Shown here piece after piece: positions 39,828-55,186 of a DNA stretch of 64,000 nucleotides. The translations under genes and the position numbers were made by a program. Location: NCBI GenBank assembly GCA_963743525.1, contig CAVUQH010000003.1:160001-224000 (forward strand), written 5' to 3'. The notes beneath the pieces were generated by a model. The model did not search any database, had not been told where the DNA came from, and worked only from the letters and a program-made list of their open reading frames with translations. Source of the DNA: an uncultured delta proteobacterium (GTDB lineage Bacteria; Myxococcota_A; Polyangia; Haliangiales; Haliangiaceae). The stretch's first letter is position 1, and each line of letters starts with the position of its first letter.

Positions 39828-42800
39828 CCACGGGCGCGAAGATGCGCGCCAGCCGCTCGGGCTGGGCCAACCCCTCGTCGCGGATCATGTCGAGGGCAGC
39901 GTCGCGCAGCGCCGCGCCCTCGTCGCCACCGAGCAGCTGTCCCCGCGACCAGCGGGCGGCGGCGGCGTGGAGCCCCAGGCCGGCGTCGTCCGAGACCCGC
40001 TCCGAGTCGGCGAAGCGGGCCAGCGCGCGCTCGTCGTCGCCGTCGATCACCGCCAGCCCGGCCTCGATGGCGTGGGCCATGGCCCGGGCGTAGTCGACCT
40101 TCTGCTTCTTCAGCACGCGGATCGACTTGCGCACGCAGCGGAGCATCGCCGGCTCGCGCGCCACGACGTAGGCGCCCAGGGCCGCCCGCCCGCGCGCAGC
40201 CCACGACATCACCCGCAGGAGCTGCACCCACAACAGCCTGGAGCGCTCGAGCGCGGGCCACTCCTCCTCGCAGCGCCGGTACGCGCCGACGTCGTCGCCG
40301 CGGTACATGTCGATGTAGACCCGCGCGGCCAGCGCGTTGCAGTGGGGCAGGTGGAAGCCCTCCTGCGGCCAGTGCGCCATGGCGTCGTTGACCTCGGCCA
40401 TGGCGGCGTCGGGATCGTCGCGCAACAGCGGCAGGTAGACACCCAGCGCGGCGCGCATGCTGGTCGACAGGAACAGGTCGCCGCGGTCGTGGGCCTCGGT
40501 GACCAGGCGCGGGTAGCCCCGAACCATCTCGCGCACCCGCCCGGCCAGCGCCATGGCGTAGCCCTGGTAGAGCTGCGCGGTGCCGATCTCGAAGCGCATG
40601 CCGACGCACTCCTCGCGCAGGATCTCCTCGCCCTTGCGGCAGTCGTCGAGACACGCCTGCCACGCGCCGAAGTTGAAGGCGGCGATGCCGCGGATGCCGA
40701 TGGCGATGGCGCGCGCCTGCGGCGTGCCCAGCCGCTCGGTCAGCTCCGCGAGCCTGACGCGGATCTGCTCCACGTGGCGCCGGTTGGGCACGCCGGCCAG
40801 CGACAGGAACACGGCCTCGGAGGCGACGGCGCGGTGCACCCGCTCGAGCTCGCCGCACTTGAGCGCCAGCAGCACCGACCGGTTGTGGAAATCGGCGCCG
40901 CGGATGGTGTCGGAGACCGCCAGCCCCTCGGCCACGGCGAAGGCGGCGTCGATCCGCATCAGCTGCGAGGCCGGCACCTCGCGCGCCTCGCGCTCGCGGA
41001 AGCGCAGGCCGCGCAGCGACAGCCGCAGCCGGCTCCAGACCAGCGCCGCCACCGCCCGCCGCGGCGAGGTGGCCAGGCGCATGCCGACCGAGCCGATGAT
41101 GTCCTCCAGGCGGCTCAACCCCTCGGCCACGTGGCCGCTGTACAGCAGCTGCTTGGCCGCGCGGCAGCGCAGATCCAGCGCCTCGGCCGTCGACGCCCCG
41201 GAGATTGCCGACTCGTAGGCGGCGGCCGCCTCGGCCCCGCGGCCGACGTTGGTCAGGGCGTCGCCCAGGGCGATGCGCGCCTCGCGCCCGGCGATCTCGG
41301 GCGCCAGCTCGAGGGCGATGCGGTAGAGCTCGGCGGCGCGATCGAAGGCCAGCGACTCCATCGCCCGGCGGGCGGCGGCCAGGGCGTGCTCGGCGGCGTG
41401 GGTATGCTCGCCGGCGCCGGCGAAGTGGGTGACCAGCGCTTCGGGATCGGGGTGCGGGCCGGCCTCGATCAGCCGGGCCAGGCGGGCGTGGATGTCGCGC
41501 ACCTCGACCTCGTCGAGCAGGGAGACCGCGCTGTCGCGGATACGGTCGTGGTAGGCCTCGACCGAGCGCACCCCGCTGATCGAGCGCGGCTGGATGAAGC
41601 TGCCGGCCTTGAGCAGCGACAGCATCGACGGGTCGGCCACGCCCGCGGCGCGCATGGCGACCATCTGCGCGATCGGCCGGGCGGCCACGGCGATCACCGA
41701 CAACAGGCGCGCGGCCGGGTCGGGCAGGGCGACCAGGCGCGAGCGCAGCGCCTCGTGGAGCGATACCCCCGCCCCCGGTCGCGCCTCGCGCACGTGGCGG
41801 GCCAGCTCCTCGACGAAGAACGGGTTGCCCTGCGACTCATCGGCGATGCGCGCCGCCTCGGCGTCGTCGGCGCGGTCGCCCAGGTGCAGGCGGGCCAGCT
41901 CGCGGGCCGCCCTGGCGTTCAGTCGATCCACATCGAGGGCGCGCTGGTCGACCGTCGAGCCGCGCAGCTCCTCGGTCAGGCGGGCGCGGAAGGCGTCGGC
42001 GCCGCCGGCCTCGCGGGCGCAGATGAGCAGGAGGATCGGCGGGGCGTCGGCGCCGCGCACCAGCGAGGCCAGCAGGTCGGCGCTGTCGGTGTCGCCCCAC
42101 TGCGCGTCGTCGATCGCCAGCACCACCGGCGTTCGATCCGACAGCCGGGTGAACAATTCCCGCAGGGCGGCGAAGGCCGAGCGGCGCAGCTCCTGCGGGT
42201 CGGCCGCGACCAGCGAGCGCCGCCGCCGCGAGGTCAGGGCGTCGACCTGGCGCAGCGCGGGAAAGACCCGCGCGAGGGCGGCGGCGTCGCGGGGCATCAG
42301 CCCCTCGACGTCGAGCGGCTCCAGCTCGACCAGGTAGCGGGCCAGCTCGTCGATGGAGCTGTCAACCGCCTTGAACGGCATCGACTCCCGTTCGTAGCAG
42401 CGGCCGCGAAGCACCAGCACCGACGGAAAGCGATCCATCTGCTCGAGAAAGGCGCCGAGCAGGCGGGTCTTGCCCATGCCCGAGGGTCCGCGCAGGTGGG
42501 CGACGACCGCGTGGCCCTCGCGCGCCGACCGCCAGGCTTCCTCGAGGAAGTGCAGCTCGCGCTCGCGACCGACCAGCGCGTGCTGCTCGCCGGGGCCGGA
42601 GCTGAAGGTGACCGTTTGCGGGCGGGCATAGCGGGCGTCGCTGCCCAGGCGGCGCAGCACCTCGGCCACCGCCGGGCGCCTGGCCGGGTCGCGGCGGAGC
42701 AGATCGACGCACAGGGCGCTCAGGTCTTCGGGCACGCCGGCGGCGATCTCGTGGGGCGGCGGCGGCTCGAAGCGCTGCTTGTCCATCAGCACGTCGTCGC

Positions 42801-43542
42801 GGCCGCCGACGAACGGGCGCCGGCCGGTGAGGGCCAGGTAGAGCATGACGCCCATCGAGTACCAGTCGCTGGCCGGCCCCAGACGCAGCCGCGCTCCCTG
42901 CTCGGGGGACATGTACATCGCCGTGCCCTCCAGCGGGCGCTGCTCGGGGGGCAGGAAGCTCTCGACGTCGACCGCGGTGACCAGGCCGAAGTCGAGCAGG
43001 ACCACCCGCCCGGCCGGGGTCACCATGACGTTGGACGGCTTGAGGTCGCGGTGGAGCATGCCGGCCTCGTGGATCGCGGCCACCCCTTCGGCCAGCTGGC
43101 GCAGGGCTACGCGCAGGCGGCGCACGTCGAGCTCGCCCACTGGCCGGGACGGCAACACCGGCGCCCGGGTTCGCTCGGTCTGCTCGCCCAGTACCCGGGT
43201 GCTCTCGGTCGCGGTCTCGGTGGAAGGGGCGTCCTCGCCGTCCTCGCGCGGGCGGACCCAGGCGTCGAAGTGAACGCCGTCCACCAGCTCCATGGTGTAG
43301 AAGAGCCGCTCGCCGTCGACGACCAGCTCGTACAGGGCCACCAGGTTGGGGTGGATGACGTCGGCCAGGCCGCGGAACTCGCGCTTGAAGCGGGCGATGG
43401 CGGTGGCGCTGGCTCGCTGCAGGGTCTTGAGCGCGACCATGGTTCCGCGCTCGTGGTCCCGCGCCCGGTAGACCACACCCATACCGCCGCTGCCGAGCTC
43501 CCCCAGTAGCTCGTAGCGGTCCCCGGATTTCGGCTCGAGCAC
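39811..43542 (-). CDS. Ser/Thr kinase - AAA ATPase - TPR-like multidomain protein
   Basis: GSGGMG, HRDLKPSN, DFG, YMSPE; VGRERE, GPSGMGKT (Walker A), IDDAQW (Walker B), GNPFF. The ORF-track extension to 44829 is the murD shadow; start GTG 43542 is inferred. Confidence 0.9.
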   Translation of the reverse strand: MLEPKSGDRYELLGELGSGGMGVVYRARDHERGTMVALKTLQRASATAIARFKREFRGLADVIHPNLVALYELVVDGERLFYTMELVDGVHFDAWVRPREDGEDAPSTETATESTRVLGEQTERTRAPVLPSRPVGELDVRRLRVALRQLAEGVAAIHEAGMLHRDLKPSNVMVTPAGRVVLLDFGLVTAVDVESFLPPEQRPLEGTAMYMSPEQGARLRLGPASDWYSMGVMLYLALTGRRPFVGGRDDVLMDKQRFEPPPPHEIAAGVPEDLSALCVDLLRRDPARRPAVAEVLRRLGSDARYARPQTVTFSSGPGEQHALVGRERELHFLEEAWRSAREGHAVVAHLRGPSGMGKTRLLGAFLEQMDRFPSVLVLRGRCYERESMPFKAVDSSIDELARYLVELEPLDVEGLMPRDAAALARVFPALRQVDALTSRRRRSLVAADPQELRRSAFAALRELFTRLSDRTPVVLAIDDAQWGDTDSADLLASLVRGADAPPILLLICAREAGGADAFRARLTEELRGSTVDQRALDVDRLNARAARELARLHLGDRADDAEAARIADESQGNPFFVEELARHVREARPGAGVSLHEALRSRLVALPDPAARLLSVIAVAARPIAQMVAMRAAGVADPSMLSLLKAGSFIQPRSISGVRSVEAYHDRIRDSAVSLLDEVEVRDIHARLARLIEAGPHPDPEALVTHFAGAGEHTHAAEHALAAARRAMESLAFDRAAELYRIALELAPEIAGREARIALGDALTNVGRGAEAAAAYESAISGASTAEALDLRCRAAKQLLYSGHVAEGLSRLEDIIGSVGMRLATSPRRAVAALVWSRLRLSLRGLRFREREAREVPASQLMRIDAAFAVAEGLAVSDTIRGADFHNRSVLLALKCGELERVHRAVASEAVFLSLAGVPNRRHVEQIRVRLAELTERLGTPQARAIAIGIRGIAAFNFGAWQACLDDCRKGEEILREECVGMRFEIGTAQLYQGYAMALAGRVREMVRGYPRLVTEAHDRGDLFLSTSMRAALGVYLPLLRDDPDAAMAEVNDAMAHWPQEGFHLPHCNALAARVYIDMYRGDDVGAYRRCEEEWPALERSRLLWVQLLRVMSWAARGRAALGAYVVAREPAMLRCVRKSIRVLKKQKVDYARAMAHAIEAGLAVIDGDDERALARFADSERVSDDAGLGLHAAAARWSRGQLLGGDEGAALRDAALDMIRDEGLAQPERLARIFAPVVSRAG

Positions 43543-43632
43543 GGCCTGCGATGGTACCGCGCCGGGGCTCGCCGTAGAAGCGGCCGTTTTCTGGCCCGGA
43601 ATGCCGGCCTGGATAGAATCGTTCGAATCAGC

Positions 43633-46258
<2,626 letters not shown>

Positions 46259-46268
<10 letters not shown>

Positions 46269-47341
46269 TGATCGCCGGCGGCGGCACCGGCGGGCACCTG
46301 TTCCCCGGCGTCGCGATCGCCGAAGAGGTGCGTGCGCGCCATCCCGACGCCGCGGTGGTGTTCGTCGGCACTGCGCGCGGCATCGAGGCCCGCGTTTTGC
46401 CCGACCTCGGCTGGGACCTCGAGTTGATCCAGGTGAGCGGGCTCAAGACCGTCGGTCTGCTCGGCGCCATCAAAGGCTTCTTTCGCATTCCCAAGGCGCT
46501 GTGGCAGTCGCGCAAGCTGCTCAAGAAGGTGCGCCCGGATGTGGTCGTCGGCGTCGGAGGTTACGCGTCGGGACCGGTGGTGCTGATGGCGCGGCTGATG
46601 CGCATCCCCACCGGCGTGCTCGAGCAGAACTCGATCCCCGGACTGACCAACAAGATCCTCGGCCGCGTGGTGCGCGCGGTCTTCCTCGCGTTCGATCACA
46701 CCAGGCGCTTCTTCAAGCCGAAGAAGATCCTCATGACCGGCAACCCGATCCGCCGCGACATCGTCGCCGCGCTGGAAGCGCCGCGCTCGGCCGGCGCCGG
46801 GGCCAGGCCGCGGGTGTTCATCTTCGGTGGCTCCCAGGGCGCCGTCGCCGTAAATCAGCTGGTGGTCGGGGCGGCCGCGATCCTTCGCGACCGCGGCCTC
46901 GAGCTCGATATCCTCCACCAGACCGGCGAGCGCGGCCTGGACGAGACCAAAGCTGGCTACGCCGAGGCGGGAATCGAGGCCGACTGCCGGGCGTTCATCA
47001 AAGGTATGGCCGAGGAATATCGCCGCGCCGACCTGGTGATCGCCCGCTCCGGGGCCACCACCGTGGCCGAGCTGACCTGCGTCGGTGTGCCGGCGATCCT
47101 CATTCCGTATCCGTTCGCGGCCGATAACCATCAGGAAATCAACGCGAAAGAGCTGGCCGACAGCGGCGCTGCGCGGCTCCTGGCGCAGGACGGCCTGACC
47201 GCCGAGACGCTCGCTGATTCCATCGCCGGGGTGCTGGGGGATCCCGAGACCCTGGCGCGGATGGGATCTGCTATGAAGGCCCTTGGTCGCCCGCGAGCGG
47301 CTGCTGACATCGCCGACTGGTGCGAGCACCAGGCCGGCTAA
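46259..47341 (+). CDS. murG: Lipid II GlcNAc transferase
   Basis: GGGTGGH, GGYAS, EQN, GNPIR, GGSQGA, RSGATT, HQEINA. Confidence 0.96.
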
Positions 47342-47355
47342 CTGCAGGCGAGCCC

Positions 47356-48770
<1,415 letters not shown>

Positions 48771-48774
<4 letters not shown>

Positions 48775-49705
48775 GCCGAAGCCTGCTGTCGCGGCGCGAT
48801 CGCGAGCATCTCGCCTCGCTCGCCCCCGGCCGTGTGCGCTTCGACGAGCCGATGTCGCGGCGGACGACGCTCAAGATCGGCGGCCCGGCCGACGCGTTCG
48901 CCCTGCCCGAGACCACCGACGAGCTGCAGGCGCTGGTGCGCGCGTGCGTCGAGCGCGGCCTGCCGATGATGGCGGTCGGCAGCGGCTCCAACCTGCTGGT
49001 CCGCGACGGCGGCATCCGCGGCCTGGTCATCGCCACGCGCAACCTGCGCGCGGTCGAGTGGCTCGGCCCCACGACCCTGCGCGTCAACTGCGGCGTGTCA
49101 ACCGGCAAGGTGCTCAGTCTGGCGACCCAGCGCGAGCTCGGCGGCGTCGAGTTCCTCGGCGGCGTGCCCGGCTCCGTCGGCGGCGGCATGATCATGAACG
49201 CCGGCACCTACCTGGGCGAGTTCGTCGACGTGACCACCGAGGTCGACAGCGTGCGCCTGGCCGACGGTGAGCTGGTGACCCGCGACCGCGAGGCGTGCGG
49301 CTTCGTCTACCGCGGCTCGGCGCTGCCGGCCGACGAGATCGTCGCCGGCGCCACCCTCGAGCTGACGCCGCGATCGCGAGCGGAGATCGAGGCCGACGTC
49401 GCCGCGCTGCGCGCCCGGCGCAAGGCCCGCGAGCCGACCGGGGTGCACAACTCCGGCTCGACGTTCAAGAACCCGGAAGGCGACTACGCCGGCCGGCTGA
49501 TCGAGGCCGCCGGGCTCAAGGGCACCCGCGTCGGCGCCGCCGAGTGCTCGCCGGTGCACGCCAACTGGCTGGTCAACACCGGCGGCGCCACCGCCGCCGA
49601 CCTGCTGGCGCTGATCGAAGTCGTCCGCACCCGGGTGCGCGACGCCCACGGCATCGACCTCGTGCTCGAGGTCAAGATCGTCGGAGAAGCGACGGGAGAC
49701 GAGTG

Positions 49706-49706
<1 letters not shown>
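48771..49706 (+). CDS. murB: UDP-N-acetylenolpyruvoylglucosamine reductase
   Basis: IGGPA, GSGSNLL, PGSVGG, MNAG, GSTFKNP, HANWLVN, LEV. Confidence 0.95.
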
Positions 49707-50629
<923 letters not shown>

Positions 50630-50983
50630 TCACAGCGGGCAGGGACCGCCGGTCGGCCCGCAGCAGATCGACCCGCACAGAGTGGGCCCGCCCGGCCCCG
50701 CGGTCGCGCAGCTGTCGCCGTCCGCGCAGGCGGCGTGGGTGCCGCAGAAGCAGCTGCCGTCGAAGCACTGCTCGCCGGGATTGCAGCAGCCGCCGCCGCA
50801 CTCGACGCCGCTCGAGCAGCTGCCGGTGGGCACGCAGCTCGCCGGGCCGGCATCGCCGTCGGGGAACCGGGCGTCGCTCTGGGCGCTGCCGTCGCGCCCG
50901 GCGCCCGGCCGCGCGTCCGGCGGGCTGCTGTAGATGCCGCACCCGCCGACCAGCAGCGCGCCGAGCAGAATCCACGAGCGCAT
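50630..50983 (-). CDS. Small Cys-rich lipoprotein
   Basis: MRSWILLGALLVGGC lipobox; many Cys; TATACT box 6 nt upstream. Confidence 0.7.
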   Translation of the reverse strand: MRSWILLGALLVGGCGIYSSPPDARPGAGRDGSAQSDARFPDGDAGPASCVPTGSCSSGVECGGGCCNPGEQCFDGSCFCGTHAACADGDSCATAGPGGPTLCGSICCGPTGGPCPL

Positions 50984-51154
50984 GACCCGAGTATACCGAG
51001 CCGCGGTCAGCGGTCGTGCCATCTCCGCCAGGGTGGCTTGCACGCTAGCCACCCACTGAGGTGTGGACTGCTCGATCTGCCGTGGGCGCTCATACCGAAC
51101 GCAAATGTTGGTAAGCACCAGCACGCCGATAACGCTTCTGCGGGCGAACCCGGG

Positions 51155-51172
51155 TTGGCACTGCCCGTGCTT
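51155..51172 (+). promoter_or_regulatory. Putative sigma54 (-24/-12) promoter
   Basis: TTGGCACTGCCCGTGCTT: GG-N10-GC with TGGCAC. Confidence 0.55.
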
Positions 51173-51183
51173 CGTAGGGAGAC

Positions 51184-52350
51184 ATGCTCCGTCCCCCGGA
51201 TGCCACTCACTTCATCACCGGCGCCACCGGCTTCGTCGGAGCCGCGCTCACCCTCGAGCTGTTGCGCACCCACCCGCGCGACCGCGCCCTGTGCCTGGTC
51301 CGCGGCCGCGACCCGCTGCACGCCCGCCGGCGCCTGGTCCAGGCGATCACCGAGGCTGCCGACGCCTACGGCGTGCCCCGCGCCGAGCTGCACTCGATCG
51401 TTCCCCGCCTGACCGCGCTGCGTGGCGACATCACCACCCGGCAGCTCGGCCTGCCCGACACCGACCGCGAGACCCTCCTCGACGCCGGCCCGCTGACCGT
51501 GTGGCACAGCGCCGCTTCGCTCAAGGACACCGAGGACGCGCTGCGCGAGATCCTCCTGCACAACGTCACCGGCACCGAGAATCTGCTCGAGACCCTGCTC
51601 GAGCGCAACGTGCGCGTGTTCAACCACATCAGCACCGCCTACGTCTCGGGCCGCAAGGCCGGCATCGTCGCCGAGTCGCTGCAGCGCCCGCGCGGCTTCA
51701 GCAACCGCTACGAGCAGTCCAAGCACTACGGCGAGATGATGGTCGCCGACCACTGCGCCGCCGCCGGCGTGCCGTACCGCATCCTTCGCCCGGGCATCGT
51801 CATCGGTCACTCCCGCACCGGCCGCGCCACCGGCTATACCGGCTTCCTCGGCTGGGTGCTCAAGCTGGCCTCCCTCGACGAGCTCAGCGGCGGCGCCCTG
51901 CAGCAGCGCCCGCTGCGCTACCTGGGCCGCGCGGACGTGCACATCAACGTCGTTCCGGTCAACTCGGTGGTCGAGGACTGCGTCGGCATCGACGCCGCCG
52001 GCGCCGAGACCTACAACCGGGTGTTCCATCTCACCAACACCGCGCCGCCCACTGTGGGCTGGATGACCGGCGTGATCGCGGATACCCTGGGATTGGCGCC
52101 CGTCGAGCTCAGCACCGACGAGTCCGACCTCGATCCCGTGTCGCAGCGCTTTCACAAGTGGACCCGCTTCGAGCGCCCCTACGTCTCGATCGACAAGGCG
52201 TTCTCGCGCGTCGATTCGGATCGCCTGTACCCCAGCCCCCGCCACGGCAACTGCCCGCTCGACGACGAGCTGATGAACAGAATGGTCCGCCTGGCCGTCG
52301 AAGATTATCGCCGCAAACAGGCGATCCAACGGACCCGAGGCGCCGCCTGA
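51184..52350 (+). CDS. Extended SDR, fatty acyl-CoA/thioester reductase-like (NAD_binding_4)
   Basis: TGATGFVG, CLVR, GDIT, HSAA, NVTGT, HISTAYV, YEQSK, RPGIV. Confidence 0.85.
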   Translation: MLRPPDATHFITGATGFVGAALTLELLRTHPRDRALCLVRGRDPLHARRRLVQAITEAADAYGVPRAELHSIVPRLTALRGDITTRQLGLPDTDRETLLDAGPLTVWHSAASLKDTEDALREILLHNVTGTENLLETLLERNVRVFNHISTAYVSGRKAGIVAESLQRPRGFSNRYEQSKHYGEMMVADHCAAAGVPYRILRPGIVIGHSRTGRATGYTGFLGWVLKLASLDELSGGALQQRPLRYLGRADVHINVVPVNSVVEDCVGIDAAGAETYNRVFHLTNTAPPTVGWMTGVIADTLGLAPVELSTDESDLDPVSQRFHKWTRFERPYVSIDKAFSRVDSDRLYPSPRHGNCPLDDELMNRMVRLAVEDYRRKQAIQRTRGAA

Positions 52351-53159
52351 TGCACACCTGGGAGCACATCACGTCGATCCGCCGGCGCGCCCGCGTGGCC
52401 GCCGTGGCGGTTGGCCTGGCCCTGCTGACCACCGGCAGCCACGCCGACGCCAAGGAGATGACCGCCGACCAGATCGTCAACCGCATGATCGACAACGATC
52501 CGCTCGGCTACGGCGGCGCCGAGGCGCAGCTGGTGATGGCTCTCGTCAACAACCGCGGGCAGACGCGCAAGCGCAAGGTGGTGATGTTCAGCCGCCGCGA
52601 CGGCAAGACCCGCAGGCTGTTCCTCCGCTTCCTGTCGCCGGCCGACGTCGCCGGAACCTCGTTCCTCGGCGTCGACGACGACGGCGACCGCACCCAGCAC
52701 CTGTACATGCCGTCGCTCGGCCGCACCCGGCGCATCTCGTCGCGCCAGCGCAACGCCAGCTTCGTCGGCACCGACTACAGCTACGCCGATCTCGACAACC
52801 GCGACATCGACGACGCCAGCAAGAAGCGACTGGGCGACGAAAAGGTCGGCGCCGAGGACTGCTACGTCATTGCCGCCGCGCCCAAGAACGCCGAGAGCAA
52901 GTACGGGCGCATCGATCTGTGGATCAGCAAGAAGACCTTGTTGCCCCTGCGCATCCGCTTCTACGGCAAGAACGGCAGCGAGATAAAACGGCTCACCGTG
53001 CAGGAGGTCAAGCACGTGGGCAAGCGCTGGGTCATCAGCGAGTCGAAAATGGTCAACCTCAAGCGCGAGCACACGACCATCTTCAAGCTGGTCGAGGTCA
53101 CGCCGAAGGACGACATCCCGCTCGACCAGTTCACCGTGCGCGCGCTGGAGCGCGGCTGA
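52350..53159 (+). CDS. LolA-like 'outer membrane lipoprotein-sorting' periplasmic protein
   Basis: Signal peptide; FLSPADVAGTSFL, LYMPSL..RRI, SFVGTDYSYADL. Confidence 0.85.
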   Translation: MHTWEHITSIRRRARVAAVAVGLALLTTGSHADAKEMTADQIVNRMIDNDPLGYGGAEAQLVMALVNNRGQTRKRKVVMFSRRDGKTRRLFLRFLSPADVAGTSFLGVDDDGDRTQHLYMPSLGRTRRISSRQRNASFVGTDYSYADLDNRDIDDASKKRLGDEKVGAEDCYVIAAAPKNAESKYGRIDLWISKKTLLPLRIRFYGKNGSEIKRLTVQEVKHVGKRWVISESKMVNLKREHTTIFKLVEVTPKDDIPLDQFTVRALERG

Positions 53160-53171
53160 GCGCAGCCCGGC

Positions 53172-55037
53172 GTGCGCGCGCTGGTTCTCGTACTGCTGGT
53201 GGCGGTGCTGTGCGCGGCGCCGCTGACCGGCTCCGGCGAGCTGCCCACTGCGCGCGCGCAGGTGTGGAAGCCGGAGGGTAAGAAGAAGGCGCCGGCGCCC
53301 AAGCCGCGCCGGCGGCGGAAGAAGAAGAAGAGACCGGTCGCGAAGAAGCCGGTCGTCGAGCCGGCGGCCAAGCCGGCCGAGCCCCCGGCCGACGCCGAGC
53401 CGCCCGAAGAGGTCATCGACGACGAGGGCGACGACGACACCACCGACGCCGAGCCGCCCGAGGAGACCATCGGCGACGACGACAGCGGCGGCGGCGACAC
53501 CGTGCGCATCGGCGACGACGACGACGACAGCGGCGGCGACACCGTGCGCATCGGTGACGACCTCGACGATGTCGGCGCCAACGTGAAGTTCACCGAGTCG
53601 GACCTGGCGACCAACGAGACCGGCAACGGCAAGGGCACGACCGAGCTCGACACCCTGGCCATGGCCTACCTGCGCATGGGCATCGACACCGTGCAGGACT
53701 CGGTGCCGCTGGCGCCGACCGGGGTCAAGGCGATCGGTGAGGACGTCCTGTCGTTCCGCGTGCACGGCCGCGCCTCGGGCATCGGCCGCTTCGGCAAGCG
53801 GATCAAGATCAAGGTCGCCGGCCGCGCCGACGCCGACCTCGGCCTGGACGCCGACACCCACCGCACCGTCGAGCGCTACGAAGCCGAGGTCTGGGACACC
53901 TACGCCGACCTCTACACCAGCTGGCTCGACCTGCGCTTCGGCAAGCAGATCATCGCCTGGGGCGAGGCCGACATGCTCAGCCCCAACGACGTGGTCAACG
54001 CCCGCGACCTGCGCCGCGGCTTCCTCGATCGCCCCGACGAGCTGCGCCTGCCGGTGCTGGCGCTGACCGCCAGGGCGTACGACGGCCCGTTCTCGATCGA
54101 AGGGCTGTACATCCCGGTCGCGCCGATCAACCGCTTCGAGCTGCTCGAGGGCGACTACGCCCTGCTCGGCCCCAACGCCGCGACCCCGGTCGAGCGGCGC
54201 ATCGGCGCCATCGTCTCCAGCCTGCTCGACGATCCGATGCTCGGCCCGCAGCTGCGCCCGTTCGTCAACATCGCCCAGTCGCCCGACAACGGCATCGACA
54301 GCGGCGAGCTGGGCGGCAGCGTCGCCTTCAATTTCCGCCGCGTCAACCTGGCCGTCTACGGCATCTGGATGCACGAGCGCAGCGCGCGCATCGAGCTCAA
54401 CCCGGACCTGCGCCAGGCGCTGATCGACACCCCGCCGGACATGTACACCCCCGACGGCGTGGCCAACGCCATCGGCATGGTGCAGATGGCCGGCGCCGTC
54501 CCGGTGTCGGTGACGTATCCGCGCAAGCTGCACTTCGGCGGTGCCATCGCCGGCCGCATCGAGCCGGTCGGCATCAAGGTCAACGTCGGCTACGACGTCG
54601 ACGCCGTGGCCAACCTGGTCCCGCCCGGCGGCGGCCCGCTGCTGGCCCAGCCGCGCACCTCGCCCCTGCTCGGCGCCGCGCTGTCGATCGACTACGACCG
54701 CGGCAGCGCCCTGACCGCCGTGCTCGAGGCCGCCCACTACCGCTTCCTCGACATCCCGGACGGCCTCGACGTCTACCAGTACCAGCACGACCGCCTGACC
54801 CTGGTCGCCGGCCGCCTGGAGTGGAACCCCAGGAACGGCCCGGTCACCCTGCGCTTCCTCGGCCTGGTCAACGTCGGCTCGCCCTCCTACGCCCTCCGCC
54901 CGGCGATCCGCCTGTCGGGCCACGACAACCTGTCGGTGGAGATCGCCGCCGCCCTCTACGGCGGCCCGCAAGGCAGCTACGGCGGCGTCGCCGACCGCAA
55001 CGACGAGATCATCCTGACCGCCCAGTACGGCCTGTGA
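53172..55037 (+). CDS. DUF1302-like outer-membrane beta-barrel with basic/acidic N-terminal extension
   Basis: DLRFGKQIIAWG.AD..PNDVVN..DL; C-terminal beta strands ending QYGL. Confidence 0.7.
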   Translation: MRALVLVLLVAVLCAAPLTGSGELPTARAQVWKPEGKKKAPAPKPRRRRKKKKRPVAKKPVVEPAAKPAEPPADAEPPEEVIDDEGDDDTTDAEPPEETIGDDDSGGGDTVRIGDDDDDSGGDTVRIGDDLDDVGANVKFTESDLATNETGNGKGTTELDTLAMAYLRMGIDTVQDSVPLAPTGVKAIGEDVLSFRVHGRASGIGRFGKRIKIKVAGRADADLGLDADTHRTVERYEAEVWDTYADLYTSWLDLRFGKQIIAWGEADMLSPNDVVNARDLRRGFLDRPDELRLPVLALTARAYDGPFSIEGLYIPVAPINRFELLEGDYALLGPNAATPVERRIGAIVSSLLDDPMLGPQLRPFVNIAQSPDNGIDSGELGGSVAFNFRRVNLAVYGIWMHERSARIELNPDLRQALIDTPPDMYTPDGVANAIGMVQMAGAVPVSVTYPRKLHFGGAIAGRIEPVGIKVNVGYDVDAVANLVPPGGGPLLAQPRTSPLLGAALSIDYDRGSALTAVLEAAHYRFLDIPDGLDVYQYQHDRLTLVAGRLEWNPRNGPVTLRFLGLVNVGSPSYALRPAIRLSGHDNLSVEIAAALYGGPQGSYGGVADRNDEIILTAQYGL

Positions 55038-55186
55038 GCGTGCGTCGCATCGGTCGAGGGGCGGATCCCCGGCCCGTACCCCGCTACAGGCAACCGAATA
55101 CGCCCTGGTTCCGATAACAGTGTTGACGGCGAGCGCGTTGCTCGCGACAACGCTTCCCGGAGTCGATGGTGATGAGCAGTCTGTGG

